This document shows positions 1-9,842 of a stretch of DNA of 64,000 nucleotides, piece by piece. Each line of letters starts with the position of its first letter. Position 1 is the first letter of the stretch. This stretch comes from a virus: the IMG/VR virus record IMGVR_UViG_3300021093_000054, positions 9,219 through 73,218 of that record. The stretch is one strand, 5' to 3'. A program made the position numbers and the translations under genes. The notes beneath the pieces are model-generated. The model did not search any database. It was not told the DNA's origin and saw only the letters and a list, made by a program, of their open reading frames with translations.

Positions 1-566
1 ACTCCTAATTGTTTAATACCTTCATTAGATTTTGGTGTTAAAACGAAATTATCGATTGCCCATTCATCTTTCCACGGTTCACCAATTTTCCCCATATTCA
101 AATCATCTACAGAAACCCAATGTGTTATTTCAGGGTTATCGTGAAGGTATTGTTTTATTTCAATTGTTCGGGTTTGTTCCAATTCCCATCGTGGTGACCA
201 TATAAAATTACTATCGTAATCTTTACAATTTTGTATGTTTGGTGTTAGAGCAATTGGTCGTTTGATAATCCCTTGACTCTCGTAGTAATCACCAAGTTCT
301 TCTAATGTCGCATGAAATTTCCAATCTGAAGATACAACAATTTCACAACCAGTTTCTTCAAGAATTTCATTAAGTATCTTAATTGCCTTTTTATCAAAAT
401 CATCAAAACGATATTCTACAGGAGCATCTTTTTTATCTTTACTACTATCTGGATTTTCACTACGATATTTCGCCCATTTTTTTAATCGTCCACCCCAATT
501 GTTTGATAGACATATAACTGAGTCGTTATCAAGGAACAAAATTTTATGATTTTTAGTTTTTTCCAT
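1..566 (-). CDS. HAD-superfamily (Swiss-army-knife RNA-repair type) domain protein, runs off left edge
   Basis: Read manually (not in ORF track): MEKTKNHKILFLDNDSVICL with DxD motif, IVVSSDWK, WVSVDDL. Confidence 0.7.
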   Translation of the reverse strand, partial: MEKTKNHKILFLDNDSVICLSNNWGGRLKKWAKYRSENPDSSKDKKDAPVEYRFDDFDKKAIKILNEILEETGCEIVVSSDWKFHATLEELGDYYESQGIIKRPIALTPNIQNCKDYDSNFIWSPRWELEQTRTIEIKQYLHDNPEITHWVSVDDLNMGKIGEPWKDEWAIDNFVLTPKSNEGIKQLG

Positions 567-684
567 TTTATATGATATTTATAGATATAGTAATTGATTA
601 AATGTTTTTACAAAGATAATGAAAAATGAATAAAAAAGAGTATGGTGGTTTTAAGTGGGAAGTTTTTAGATAAAAAATTATTTT

Positions 685-1041
685 TTAAACCCCAACAAAA
701 TCAATACAATCTAAATTGTATTTTTTTTTAACCCAATACTTAACAAAATCATATGTTTCCGAATAGTCTGTGTTTAACATACTAAAAATTGGGTCGATTA
801 CTTTTTTTGAATTTAAAAATATTTGAAGGTTGGTTTGTTCAACTAGAAAAATTGTTGACTTATCGTCTTTATGGTTTAAAGACTTATACTTTCCTTCTCT
901 TGTTGTTTTTATCTCCAAATTACCATAATGTAATTCAAGGAATTTTTCAATACGATTTTTTTCTTTATCTGTCATTTTTATCAAAAAATGATTCGAATGG
1001 ATGTTCGCCCATTCTTTTTTTATGTTTAAATTTATAACCAA
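685..1041 (-). CDS. hypothetical protein
   Basis: ORF co-oriented with neighbours; true start may be the internal Met (MTDKEK). Confidence 0.55.
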   Translation of the reverse strand: MVINLNIKKEWANIHSNHFLIKMTDKEKNRIEKFLELHYGNLEIKTTREGKYKSLNHKDDKSTIFLVEQTNLQIFLNSKKVIDPIFSMLNTDYSETYDFVKYWVKKKYNLDCIDFVGV

Positions 1042-1103
1042 TAAATAATACTGTAAAAATTATTAACAAAATCATAGTTTAAATATATAAAATTATTTTA
1101 AAT

Positions 1104-1136
1104 AAAAAAACCCCAACTTAGTAGTATTGGGGTTTT
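1104..1136 (-). terminator. intrinsic terminator
   Basis: AAAACCCCAA/TTGGGGTTTT stem with A-tract on + side, downstream of 1156..3363. Confidence 0.7.
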
Positions 1137-1155
1137 AATTTTTATTATTTTTTAA

Positions 1156-3363
1156 TTAAGGTACAATAAATAAACCATTTGTCGCCGGATCTCTCCATAC
1201 AGCACCTGTTGGTAATCCTGATGCACTTGTTGGCACATTCATAATTGAAAGATTGTTTACAAATGTTGCGCATTGTCTATTTGTTGTTATATCAGAGCCG
1301 ACTATAAATGAAAGACAATCATTAACAGAATTGTTTTTACCACCTAAAATACCAGATTTTGATTTTGTAATTTTATTACATTCACCACCTGAAATAACTG
1401 AATGCTGGGCGTAAACAGTGTTTTGGAAACCGTTACCAATTAAATTAAATCCACCATTTAAAGCTGTATTACAATAACCACCAACAATAACATCAGAACC
1501 ATTTGTAGTATTATATATACCTGCACCAATAAACGCAAAGGAACCACCTTGATTAGTAGTATTATATATACCACCACCAATAATACCATTGTCGGACCTA
1601 TTTAAATTACTTGAACCCCCTACTATTGCCGCACCACAACCAATTGCTGTGTTTGAGCACCCACCAATAACAGAAGCATGAGGTCCACTAAGATAGTTAA
1701 GTTCTCCACCTAATATTGTTCCAAACCCACCAAGTTCAACATAATTGTTTTTTCCACCAACTACACTTGAAAACGAGCTATATACTTTATTAAGGTTACC
1801 CCCAACTAATGATGAACACTGTCCTTCTACCGTATTTTTTTCACCACCTAAAATTACATTTGAACCACCGTATGGTGAAATAGTGTTACAAAAACCACCA
1901 CCAACTACAGAACATTGTGCTGCTGAAATATTTCTTTCACCACCAACAACTGTTGATGACCAAAGATAACTTAAAAGACAACTACCTGCGGTATTATATA
2001 TACCACCTAGAACACTAGATCTCATACTTAATACTGTGTTATATTCACCAGCACCAATAAATCCATATTTACCAGAAGAAGTATTATATTTACCACCAGC
2101 TATTGTTGCATAGTTACAACTTGATGTGTTATACCTACCACCACCCATAACACTATAAACCCCAGACGCAAAACTATTATTACCAGTTCTTAAAACAGAA
2201 CAAGTTCCAGAGCCAGCAACCATTACACCAGAACCACCACCAGTGCTAAATCCAGATGCTGTAACTGTAGATCCGTCTGTGTTTGATAAAGTTAATACAC
2301 CTGTTCCATTATTATAAGATGCTCCAGTCAAGTAGATATCAGTAAATCCAGTTAAGAATCCAGAGACATTAAATGTATTTCCAGAGTTTGTTGTAAATGT
2401 TGCAACACCGGTATTAGAATCATACGTACCACCAGTTACAGTCATATCAGATGATAAAATACCAAGGTTTACAGTATAATCATTTCCATCATTAACAGAA
2501 GCCGTTAAATCAAAAGTTCCAGGATTCCAAGTAAGTCCAGTTAAGAAATAATCTGTTCCACCTGTATATAATCCATTAATTGTTACAGAACCATCTTGTC
2601 TATCTAATGTTAATGTTCCATTAGAATATGTTCCACCAGTTACATAAAAATCATCTGTTAAAAACCCAGAAGTATTTAATGTATTACCATTAGAATTTGT
2701 TAAAGTTAAAACACCAGTTCCATTATTATATGTTAAACCAGAAACAAATACATCTGTTGTTGTAACACCAGTCACAACAAAACCAGAAGAATCTAAACCT
2801 AAATTAATCACAGCACTACCAGAACCAACATTTCTAATGTTAAGATTTGGAACATAAGCAGTATCTGGAGCTGAGGCTACAATATTTGACCCAGCAAGAA
2901 CTGATGAACAATTACCAGTAACTTTATTATTAAAACCTCCCAATACAGAACCATATGTACTAATTACTGTATTTGATTTACCACCACCAACAGTTGAGTA
3001 ATTACCTATAGAATCATTTGATTCTCCACCTAAAATTGATGAATATGTACCAAAAGCACTATGACAAAGTCCTCCACCAATTGTTGAGTAATCACCACTT
3101 GGGTTCATTCTGTTAAATCTACCACCACCTATAAAACCTCCATAAGAAAGTATTGTGTTTCCACCACCTCCGGCTACGGTTGAATATACGGTATTACCAC
3201 TTATTGTGTTTTGGTATCCGCCACCAATTGTTGTGTATGTTTGTCTTGCATTATTTCCTCTACCACCAGAAACTGTTGCATAATTAGCTGGAGCTGTATT
3301 ACAATTTCCTTGTCTCACTGTTGAAGTTGAAAACCCAGGATTGTCAATGATTACATAAGCCAT
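1156..3363 (-). CDS. Gly/Asn/Thr-rich repeat protein, probable tail fibre or adhesin-like virion protein
   Basis: Many (S/T)xxGGxxN beta-solenoid-like repeats flanking VTGGTYxNGTLTL repeats. Confidence 0.65.
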   Translation of the reverse strand: MAYVIIDNPGFSTSTVRQGNCNTAPANYATVSGGRGNNARQTYTTIGGGYQNTISGNTVYSTVAGGGGNTILSYGGFIGGGRFNRMNPSGDYSTIGGGLCHSAFGTYSSILGGESNDSIGNYSTVGGGKSNTVISTYGSVLGGFNNKVTGNCSSVLAGSNIVASAPDTAYVPNLNIRNVGSGSAVINLGLDSSGFVVTGVTTTDVFVSGLTYNNGTGVLTLTNSNGNTLNTSGFLTDDFYVTGGTYSNGTLTLDRQDGSVTINGLYTGGTDYFLTGLTWNPGTFDLTASVNDGNDYTVNLGILSSDMTVTGGTYDSNTGVATFTTNSGNTFNVSGFLTGFTDIYLTGASYNNGTGVLTLSNTDGSTVTASGFSTGGGSGVMVAGSGTCSVLRTGNNSFASGVYSVMGGGRYNTSSCNYATIAGGKYNTSSGKYGFIGAGEYNTVLSMRSSVLGGIYNTAGSCLLSYLWSSTVVGGERNISAAQCSVVGGGFCNTISPYGGSNVILGGEKNTVEGQCSSLVGGNLNKVYSSFSSVVGGKNNYVELGGFGTILGGELNYLSGPHASVIGGCSNTAIGCGAAIVGGSSNLNRSDNGIIGGGIYNTTNQGGSFAFIGAGIYNTTNGSDVIVGGYCNTALNGGFNLIGNGFQNTVYAQHSVISGGECNKITKSKSGILGGKNNSVNDCLSFIVGSDITTNRQCATFVNNLSIMNVPTSASGLPTGAVWRDPATNGLFIVP

Positions 3364-3473
3364 TTTTAATTGTTTTTTTTTTATTTATTATTTACTTTTA
3401 TATAAATACATTAAAACAAATTAAAAACAAAAAAACCCCAAAACTTTTTTAGAGTCTTAGGGTTAAGAGTAAA

Positions 3474-3617
3474 TTAGATGTTGTGTGATTCGAGAATTTG
3501 AGTTTTAAGTTTTGACTTACTTAAATGTTGAACGCTTGATTTTTAACTTTTGAATGCGGTATCAAATCTAACCATCGATTCTTGCAAGTTGTAGATTGAA
3601 AATCACAAACATTCTAA
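3474..3617 (-). ncRNA. candidate structured RNA / 3' UTR element
   Basis: Ends 3474-3490 and 3601-3617 are near-complementary and enclose nine TCAA/TTAA/TCGA units spaced 7-9 nt. Confidence 0.45.
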
Positions 3618-4082
3618 TTACTCAGCTATTTGGTCTTCGTAAGGTTCCAAATATGTTACCGAATTATGATAATCCAGTTCGTCTTGTAATTGTTCAATTC
3701 TCGATTCCAAGAATTTAACTTCATTATCCCTTTCTACGGCAGTAATTTCACTTACTTTTACTGTTTGAGTTTCATTTCTTCTTGAATAATAATCCTCTGA
3801 AACACCATTTGTACAATCTAATGCTTTTAAATTTTTAACAACTGATTTTAATTCAGACATTAAAAAGATTTTATCATAAAAAATAGTGTTTGCTTGATGA
3901 ATTTGTGTTTTAAGTGCTGTCAACTCATCAACTTTTGTGTAAATTGTCGCAAGAGTTTCTTTTGTTGAATAATCTCTTTGATTTCCTTCGATTACTGAAT
4001 TGTTCTTATGTAATCTAACCATTAGTTCATTTACTTCGTGAACTAACTTGTTTTTTAATTTTAATGCTTGTTTTACTGTCAT
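3618..4082 (-). CDS. coiled-coil protein, DIP1984-like
   Basis: MTVKQALKLKNKL...LKTQIHQAN...LQDELDYHN pattern recalled for this family. Confidence 0.5.
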   Translation of the reverse strand: MTVKQALKLKNKLVHEVNELMVRLHKNNSVIEGNQRDYSTKETLATIYTKVDELTALKTQIHQANTIFYDKIFLMSELKSVVKNLKALDCTNGVSEDYYSRRNETQTVKVSEITAVERDNEVKFLESRIEQLQDELDYHNSVTYLEPYEDQIAE

Positions 4083-4121
4083 AACTTATTTTTTTGTGTT
4101 AAAATTATATTATATATTTTT

Positions 4122-4442
4122 TTAATAGTCAACATCTTCTGTCAAACAAATTTCGGTTTTTGCTAAATCACTATAAACCCAAATTTCATATCCTAAACCG
4201 CCAGTACCTTTAAACTTATATTCAAAATTACCATACATACCATAAACACCATAAATGTGTCCCATCCATTCGTTGAGTACTTTGCTTTCTTTTGAATGAA
4301 TTGTAAAAGTCATTGGTTTAAATCCATCGTCACCTAAATCTTGTTTTGCTTCTTGTATTGGTTTTGGGTTATTTCTTACCTTTTCACCCTTATCAATAAT
4401 TCGTTCTCGCATTTTGTTTAATCTTTCAATTTCTCTTTCCAT
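4122..4442 (-). CDS. hypothetical protein
   Basis: ORF in tightly packed - strand operon. Confidence 0.6.
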   Translation of the reverse strand: MEREIERLNKMRERIIDKGEKVRNNPKPIQEAKQDLGDDGFKPMTFTIHSKESKVLNEWMGHIYGVYGMYGNFEYKFKGTGGLGYEIWVYSDLAKTEICLTEDVDY

Positions 4443-4451
4443 TTCAAAATT

Positions 4452-5012
4452 TTAATTATTATTTTTTATGATTTCAGTAACCTTTAATGACCAAGGATCA
4501 AAAAAGGTATCTGTGTTACATATTTCAATTGTGTTTGTAAGAGCATTAAAATAAATGTCTCCATTTTTAATTGGTTCCATTAATTTTTTAAGATATCTTT
4601 TACCTTCGTATTCAACATACAATCTTTCGTCCCTATGTTCATCACATAATGTATAAATCCAACCATTGATTGTATGTTGTTCTCCAGGTTCTCCACAAAC
4701 TTCACAAACCTGGAATGTTTCTTTTTCTGCTTCAATAACAAAGTGAAATCCGTTTTTAGGTAGATTATCCAAAAATATACTCATACCTCCAAACTTTTCT
4801 TTTACATTAACAAAACTTTTATCCCAACCAAGTGCAATTAACGTTTCAAATAATCTTTGGACAATACCCAACCAACCGTTACCAATATTAAATTCATTTC
4901 TTTTAAGTATTGGTCCTTTATCAATTCTATATGATCTTTGTAGTCCTCCAATTTTTTCAAGAAAACTTTCAAACTCTTTGTCTGTTCTATGATTATTGTT
5001 CATTCTTATTCC
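4452..5012 (-). CDS. hypothetical phage protein with CxxC...CxxH motif
   Basis: VKEKFGG and CEVCGEPG...TLCDEH; start uncertain (track gives 5039). Confidence 0.55.
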   Translation of the reverse strand, partial: GIRMNNNHRTDKEFESFLEKIGGLQRSYRIDKGPILKRNEFNIGNGWLGIVQRLFETLIALGWDKSFVNVKEKFGGMSIFLDNLPKNGFHFVIEAEKETFQVCEVCGEPGEQHTINGWIYTLCDEHRDERLYVEYEGKRYLKKLMEPIKNGDIYFNALTNTIEICNTDTFFDPWSLKVTEIIKNNN

Positions 5013-5430
5013 CATTCTTTTTTCTTTCTTGTCTAACAATAGTTAATGTATTTGATAGTGTCCAGTAAGATTCCCAGAACCCACCTCTATCATCAAGGAA
5101 GATGTTTGCATATAACTTTCCATTAATACCATAAGGTCTATCCCATTCTGGGTGCATTTCATTTATTCCGTGGACTTCAATACCTAAAGTTTCAACTTGT
5201 TCTTTTGCATTTTGTAATTGGTCCTTACTTCTTGCTGTGTTTATCAAAAAGTATATTCCTTGTTCTTGACATTCCAAAATCAAATCAACCATTTTTTTAC
5301 AGTTTTCTTTGATTTCTTCATTATAAGGAATGATTGTATCGTCAAGGTCACAGGCAATTATTATCTTACCGTTTTTCAACCATTCCTTAGCTAATCTGTT
5401 TGTATAAAAATTTGCGTGATGTCTAATCAT
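4993..5430 (-). CDS. HAD-superfamily hydrolase
   Basis: IIACDLDDT, NTAR, KLYANIFLDDR motifs. Confidence 0.75.
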   Translation of the reverse strand: MIRHHANFYTNRLAKEWLKNGKIIIACDLDDTIIPYNEEIKENCKKMVDLILECQEQGIYFLINTARSKDQLQNAKEQVETLGIEVHGINEMHPEWDRPYGINGKLYANIFLDDRGGFWESYWTLSNTLTIVRQERKKNGNKNEQ

Positions 5431-5436
5431 AATTTA

Positions 5437-6483
5437 TTAATTCCCAAATCCTACTTTACCTAAACCTTTAATTGTTGGTGTTTTTTTCAATCCTTCAAGG
5501 TTATCTATTGTTTCTTCAAAAGTTCTACCCATAACAATAACTGAAATTACAACTTCTTTTAAATGTGACAAAGACATTCCTTCAGTTTTTTTAATCCATT
5601 CTTCAATATCAATACCTTTTAAATCTTCTTCGCTTAATTTGTGTTGGATGTATGCTCTTCTGATGTCTCCATTCGGAAGTTCCACCTTATATCTTCTATC
5701 AAAACGAGATGGTCTATTGGTAATCCTTTCCTGTAATTTTTCTGGGTAGTTTGTTGTTGCAATATAAACAACACCTTCAATTTGTTTTACACCATCAAGG
5801 ATATTTAATAATCTTGCAGTTTGATGTCTACCTTCACCCGCAAGTGAATCAATGTCTTCTAATAGAACAATAAGTGGTCTATTAGGTTCAATTTTTCTAA
5901 ATGTTCCAATAAATGATGTAAACATTTCAACATCTTCTTCATTTTTGATATTAATTACAATACCGTCTTTTTCAATAATTTGTTGTGATATTAGTTGGAT
6001 TATCCCTGATTTACCACATCCAGGTTCACCATACATCAAAATACCTCTTTTGTGGATATAGTTATATTTTTTATAGTTGTCGGCTCTATTCCAAAAATTA
6101 TCAATGTCTTTTAAAATGTCAGTAATTTCATATGACGGTAAACGGTACAATTCGTCAGTTTTGAATGGTTGTTTTTTTACGGTATATGTTGATAGGCTAC
6201 TATTCCAACCTATTTCATATACACCCGCGGGAACTTTTGGTACTGTTGGGTATGCTGGTGCATATTCATTATTTTTTAAACTACTCCAACAAGAAGGAAC
6301 ATCTTTGTCAACTGTTTGTTCCTCTTCCTTATCTATCACTCTACCAACAACAGGTTCATCCATTCTTTCATCATCAGTATATTCTACAGTTTCTTCAATA
6401 TATTCTTCACTCATTTTATTTCTTTTTAGAATTTCTTTTAATTCTCTTTTCCAGTTTCGTTCCATTGTTCTATTTTTTCCCAA
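5437..6483 (-). CDS. AAA+ ATPase
   Basis: Walker A GEPGCGKS, Walker B LLEDID, ATTNYPE, RPSRFDR; true start may be internal (MSEEY). Confidence 0.9.
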   Translation of the reverse strand: MGKNRTMERNWKRELKEILKRNKMSEEYIEETVEYTDDERMDEPVVGRVIDKEEEQTVDKDVPSCWSSLKNNEYAPAYPTVPKVPAGVYEIGWNSSLSTYTVKKQPFKTDELYRLPSYEITDILKDIDNFWNRADNYKKYNYIHKRGILMYGEPGCGKSGIIQLISQQIIEKDGIVINIKNEEDVEMFTSFIGTFRKIEPNRPLIVLLEDIDSLAGEGRHQTARLLNILDGVKQIEGVVYIATTNYPEKLQERITNRPSRFDRRYKVELPNGDIRRAYIQHKLSEEDLKGIDIEEWIKKTEGMSLSHLKEVVISVIVMGRTFEETIDNLEGLKKTPTIKGLGKVGFGN

Positions 6484-6638
6484 TCTTCTTTTCTTGTGGC
6501 CACTGTAATCCCATCAATATTAAAGAATACTTCATCTGTAAAAATCCTTGGATTACTTATTTTGTTTGGGTCTACATTTATTTTATCGTAGTAGGTTCCT
6601 TCATTCGCAAACCTAACATAGATTTCAACCTTGTTCAT
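6438..6638 (-). CDS. hypothetical protein
   Basis: Short ORF overlapping both neighbours in the operon. Confidence 0.5.
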   Translation of the reverse strand: MNKVEIYVRFANEGTYYDKINVDPNKISNPRIFTDEVFFNIDGITVATRKEDWEKIEQWNETGKEN

Positions 6639-7740
6639 TTTCCTGTTGAATTAAGTGTTCTACAATTTGTTTTTCTAATTCTTCTTTACGGATTTCTAGT
6701 CGTAGTTTTAAATCTTCCAAATATTCTTCAGTATTTTCGTCCATAACTGGAACTTCGTCTTTTCCGTGCGGTTCAAGAACAGGCATTGGTATAATACGAC
6801 CACGTCTTCTCAAACGTTGAGCCGGTGCCAATCTTGGTAATTCATCACTAACCGTAATTTTTTCTTCAGCTAGTTGTGAATCTTCTGGTAATGGTCCGTT
6901 GTGTCTTCTCATTTCATTTTTTTCATCTTCGGAAAATAATCTATAATTTGGAATTGTAGTTGGTGATTTTGAATCACATTCCATTAGAATTATTTGCAGG
7001 ATGTTCATTGGAAGACCGGTTTGTATTGTATCAATTTGTTTATCTTCCTGGTTATATGTTTTAAAAGCATAATCTTCGTGATTATTTTCAAGTTCATATT
7101 GGTTCGGAAAATATTTATAAAATGCAAACTTTTTATTTTGTTTTTTATCAATAAGATAGATTAAAATTCCTTTTGAATGGTTATAAAAATATGCAGAATC
7201 ATTAACCATTGCAGTACACCATTTTGTTTGATAACCGTATGAACAAGATGCAGCATAAGTTAGTGGTTTAAAAATCATATAATTATCGTCTTCAAAAATC
7301 TTATGAATTTCTTTTTTTGATTTTTTAAACATTTCACGATTCTTTGCCTCAAATAGCTGTTCTTCCAACATATCCCAGGAATCATATTTACTAATATCTT
7401 TTTCAATGATAACACCTTTTTCCATTAGTTCTGTGAACTCAATAAATCTTTGCATTTTATTCCAAGAAAATATAAAGTCACAAAAAAAATTTCTTGACAA
7501 CATATTTTCGAAAGAATCCATTGGTACTGTTTTTTCAATTGGGCTTTGGTGAATTGAGTCTGATTTTATTGGTCGAAAACTATCTTGTTCTGATTGCCAA
7601 TATTCAATTCTTTCATTCAACATTTTAACCAAAAACTGTGAATATTTTTTGGTGTTTGTTGTGTCAAATTTTGCCAACATATTGGCAATTGTTAGATTTA
7701 AAATCTCATTTTCTTTTTTTAATTTCTTAATTCCCATCAT
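6625..7740 (-). CDS. phage protein with PLT..AS..YG..TKWC motif
   Basis: IFKPLTYAASCSYGYQTKWCTA; paralog of 12871 and 25521. Confidence 0.6.
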   Translation of the reverse strand: MMGIKKLKKENEILNLTIANMLAKFDTTNTKKYSQFLVKMLNERIEYWQSEQDSFRPIKSDSIHQSPIEKTVPMDSFENMLSRNFFCDFIFSWNKMQRFIEFTELMEKGVIIEKDISKYDSWDMLEEQLFEAKNREMFKKSKKEIHKIFEDDNYMIFKPLTYAASCSYGYQTKWCTAMVNDSAYFYNHSKGILIYLIDKKQNKKFAFYKYFPNQYELENNHEDYAFKTYNQEDKQIDTIQTGLPMNILQIILMECDSKSPTTIPNYRLFSEDEKNEMRRHNGPLPEDSQLAEEKITVSDELPRLAPAQRLRRRGRIIPMPVLEPHGKDEVPVMDENTEEYLEDLKLRLEIRKEELEKQIVEHLIQQENEQG

Positions 7741-7933
7741 CTTCTTTATTTTCTATTAAACAACTTGCTAACACATACAACTGAAATAGTACGAATATTA
7801 CAATCATAAGAAAACTATTCCAGATTGTCCAATTTAAAGGATTAAATTCGTCTTGAAAAAAACATATTACTGCATACCAAAAAAATTCTTTTGCAAAAAA
7901 TTCTTGTTTATTTAGTGTATACCGATTTTCCAT
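7727..7933 (-). CDS. small membrane protein
   Basis: Two hydrophobic segments. Confidence 0.5.
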   Translation of the reverse strand: MENRYTLNKQEFFAKEFFWYAVICFFQDEFNPLNWTIWNSFLMIVIFVLFQLYVLASCLIENKEDDGN

Positions 7934-8175
7934 TATCTTAAGACAAAAGGATGAATAATAACTGCAATTTTTTCTACCCTACCTTCCTGTGGTATTACAG
8001 CTCTATCTTCTTTTACAACAATATCCATAAGTCCAGAATCTTCTTTTAATCTATCGGCCTGGATTTTAACTTCTTTTTTTGCGTCTTCTTCGTTTTTGAA
8101 AAAACCGAAATACGAATCACAGTTTCCGGTTTTATCACAAACACCAAAAATGATGTTTCTTGCTGGTTTTATCAT
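7933..8175 (-). CDS. hypothetical protein
   Basis: ORF coupled to next gene by 1-nt overlap. Confidence 0.55.
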   Translation of the reverse strand: MIKPARNIIFGVCDKTGNCDSYFGFFKNEEDAKKEVKIQADRLKEDSGLMDIVVKEDRAVIPQEGRVEKIAVIIHPFVLR

Positions 8176-8214
8176 AATTTAATTTTTTATAAAGTTAAAA
8201 AAAAGGTGATTCTA

Positions 8215-9345
8215 TCAATGGGAATCACCAACATTATTTTTTTCTCCATATATCAAATAGTCAGGGTTTATAACCTTTGATACTTTTCTACGGTCACCAC
8301 TTTCGTGTTTTACTACAACACCTTCGTGTGGTACTTTGGTACCTTTTATATTGTTATTGAAAACAAAACTATCTTGTTTTTTTTTATTCCACCGACCCCA
8401 ATGTAAAAGTTCAACCTGTGGTAAATCTAAGACATCAAAGTGAGCAGCTTCTGCTGGATAACGTTCATATTTACCATCAACCTCAACGTCAAAACCTGCA
8501 AATTTTATATCAGTTAAACCATAGTCGTAGTTTTTTTGTATTCCTACGCCATATATTTCACCATACACTATAAAACCACTTTCAAGGTATTCGTAAGTAT
8601 CTTTAACGTGAGTCCATAGTTTTTTACGTATATCATATTTTTTTGCAACATCGTCCCAAACATCAGAAGAGAAAAACCCTTGTGAGTCAGAACCTTTTTC
8701 AACATTATGAGAACCATAAACATATTCAAAACCAGCCCATCTATCACCAAAGAAAGATGTAACTCGATCCCATAAAGATAATTTTTTCTTTCTAACTATA
8801 CCGTAACGAGCATTGGTCCCATGTAACTTACGAGTTATAACAACCAAATCTTCTTCAGTAAACATATCGGGTACGTTCTTTTGATTTGGAAACTTGTAAT
8901 ATATGTGGAAGTTTGGATTTTGATGATACTTCATTTTACGTTCACCTGAAACCAAAGTTATAACTTTTACTGGTGGTTCGTATTTAGTTATATCTAATAC
9001 ACCCATCATGTCTTGACCTTCAACAAACCCGTCTACTGACATTTTTGATTTGAAAACTTGACCTAATGACATTATTAAACATTCAGAGTAAACTCCACGA
9101 AGTTTTACAGTTCTAACTCTTCGACCATTACGGAGGTAATTAGTAACACCTAATTCATCAGATAATTTTTGTGGTATTACAGCATCAGTAGTTGCAACAA
9201 CAACAAGATCATCAACCTTATATTCTCCTTTTTTGGTTATGGCATTCCAACCACCAACAGTTACTAATTCTATATTGTCGGCACCTAGTATTTCAGATAC
9301 TGAACCTATTACTCCAACATATGCTACACTATTCTGATTTTCCAT
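8215..9345 (-). CDS. RNA ligase (DRB0094/Rnl2-like) with N-terminal OB-like domain
   Basis: Motif I KLHGTN, YGEIYG, FDV, EGVVVK, KVINPDY; N-terminal ADNIEL...VRTVKLRGVYSE. Confidence 0.88.
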   Translation of the reverse strand: MENQNSVAYVGVIGSVSEILGADNIELVTVGGWNAITKKGEYKVDDLVVVATTDAVIPQKLSDELGVTNYLRNGRRVRTVKLRGVYSECLIMSLGQVFKSKMSVDGFVEGQDMMGVLDITKYEPPVKVITLVSGERKMKYHQNPNFHIYYKFPNQKNVPDMFTEEDLVVITRKLHGTNARYGIVRKKKLSLWDRVTSFFGDRWAGFEYVYGSHNVEKGSDSQGFFSSDVWDDVAKKYDIRKKLWTHVKDTYEYLESGFIVYGEIYGVGIQKNYDYGLTDIKFAGFDVEVDGKYERYPAEAAHFDVLDLPQVELLHWGRWNKKKQDSFVFNNNIKGTKVPHEGVVVKHESGDRRKVSKVINPDYLIYGEKNNVGDSH

Positions 9346-9349
9346 ACAA

Positions 9350-9381
9350 CAAATATAATTATAATATATTTAATAAACAAT
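9350..9381 (-). promoter_or_regulatory. Bacteroidota sigma-A type promoter
   Basis: - strand aTTG-N20-TATATTTG, 4 nt before ATG of RNA ligase. Confidence 0.65.
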
Positions 9382-9402
9382 ATTTCCTAATATTTATTAC
9401 AT

Positions 9403-9810
9403 ATGAACCTACAAGAAAACATACAGAGAATTAAACAAATGATGGGACTTCTTAAAGAAGGACTGCACGACACATCTTGGCAAAATGAAGAGGGTGATAA
9501 AATAACTCTTATGGATTTATTAGATGCGACGCAAGACATACCTGTGGAAGAATATTCGGTAGAAGAATTAAAACCACACCTATTGACTTGGGATGGTGAT
9601 GAAGATGAAATTAAAAAAATAGAAAAGTCAGATTTAAAATACCCAATATTAATATTTGTTAATGATGATGGTGAATTTATTAGTATTATTGATGGGCACC
9701 ACAGAGGACAAAAGGCGGTAAGGAAAGGATTAGAGACAATTAAGGCTAAAGTAATACCAATTAATTATTTACCTAAAAAAATAAGAAAAGTTTTTTCACA
9801 TCTAAATTAA
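9403..9810 (+). CDS. ParB/Sulfiredoxin N-terminal-like domain protein with MNLQENIQRIK leader
   Basis: YPILI...IIDGHHRGQKA motif. Confidence 0.7.
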   Translation: MNLQENIQRIKQMMGLLKEGLHDTSWQNEEGDKITLMDLLDATQDIPVEEYSVEELKPHLLTWDGDEDEIKKIEKSDLKYPILIFVNDDGEFISIIDGHHRGQKAVRKGLETIKAKVIPINYLPKKIRKVFSHLN

Positions 9811-9812
9811 TC

Positions 9813-9842
9813 TGAACCCACAAGAAAACATACAGAGAATTA
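9813..9842 (+). repeat. 30-bp direct repeat of 9404-9433 (1 mismatch)
   Basis: TGAACC(T/C)ACAAGAAAACATACAGAGAATTA at the gene start and just after its stop. Confidence 0.9.
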
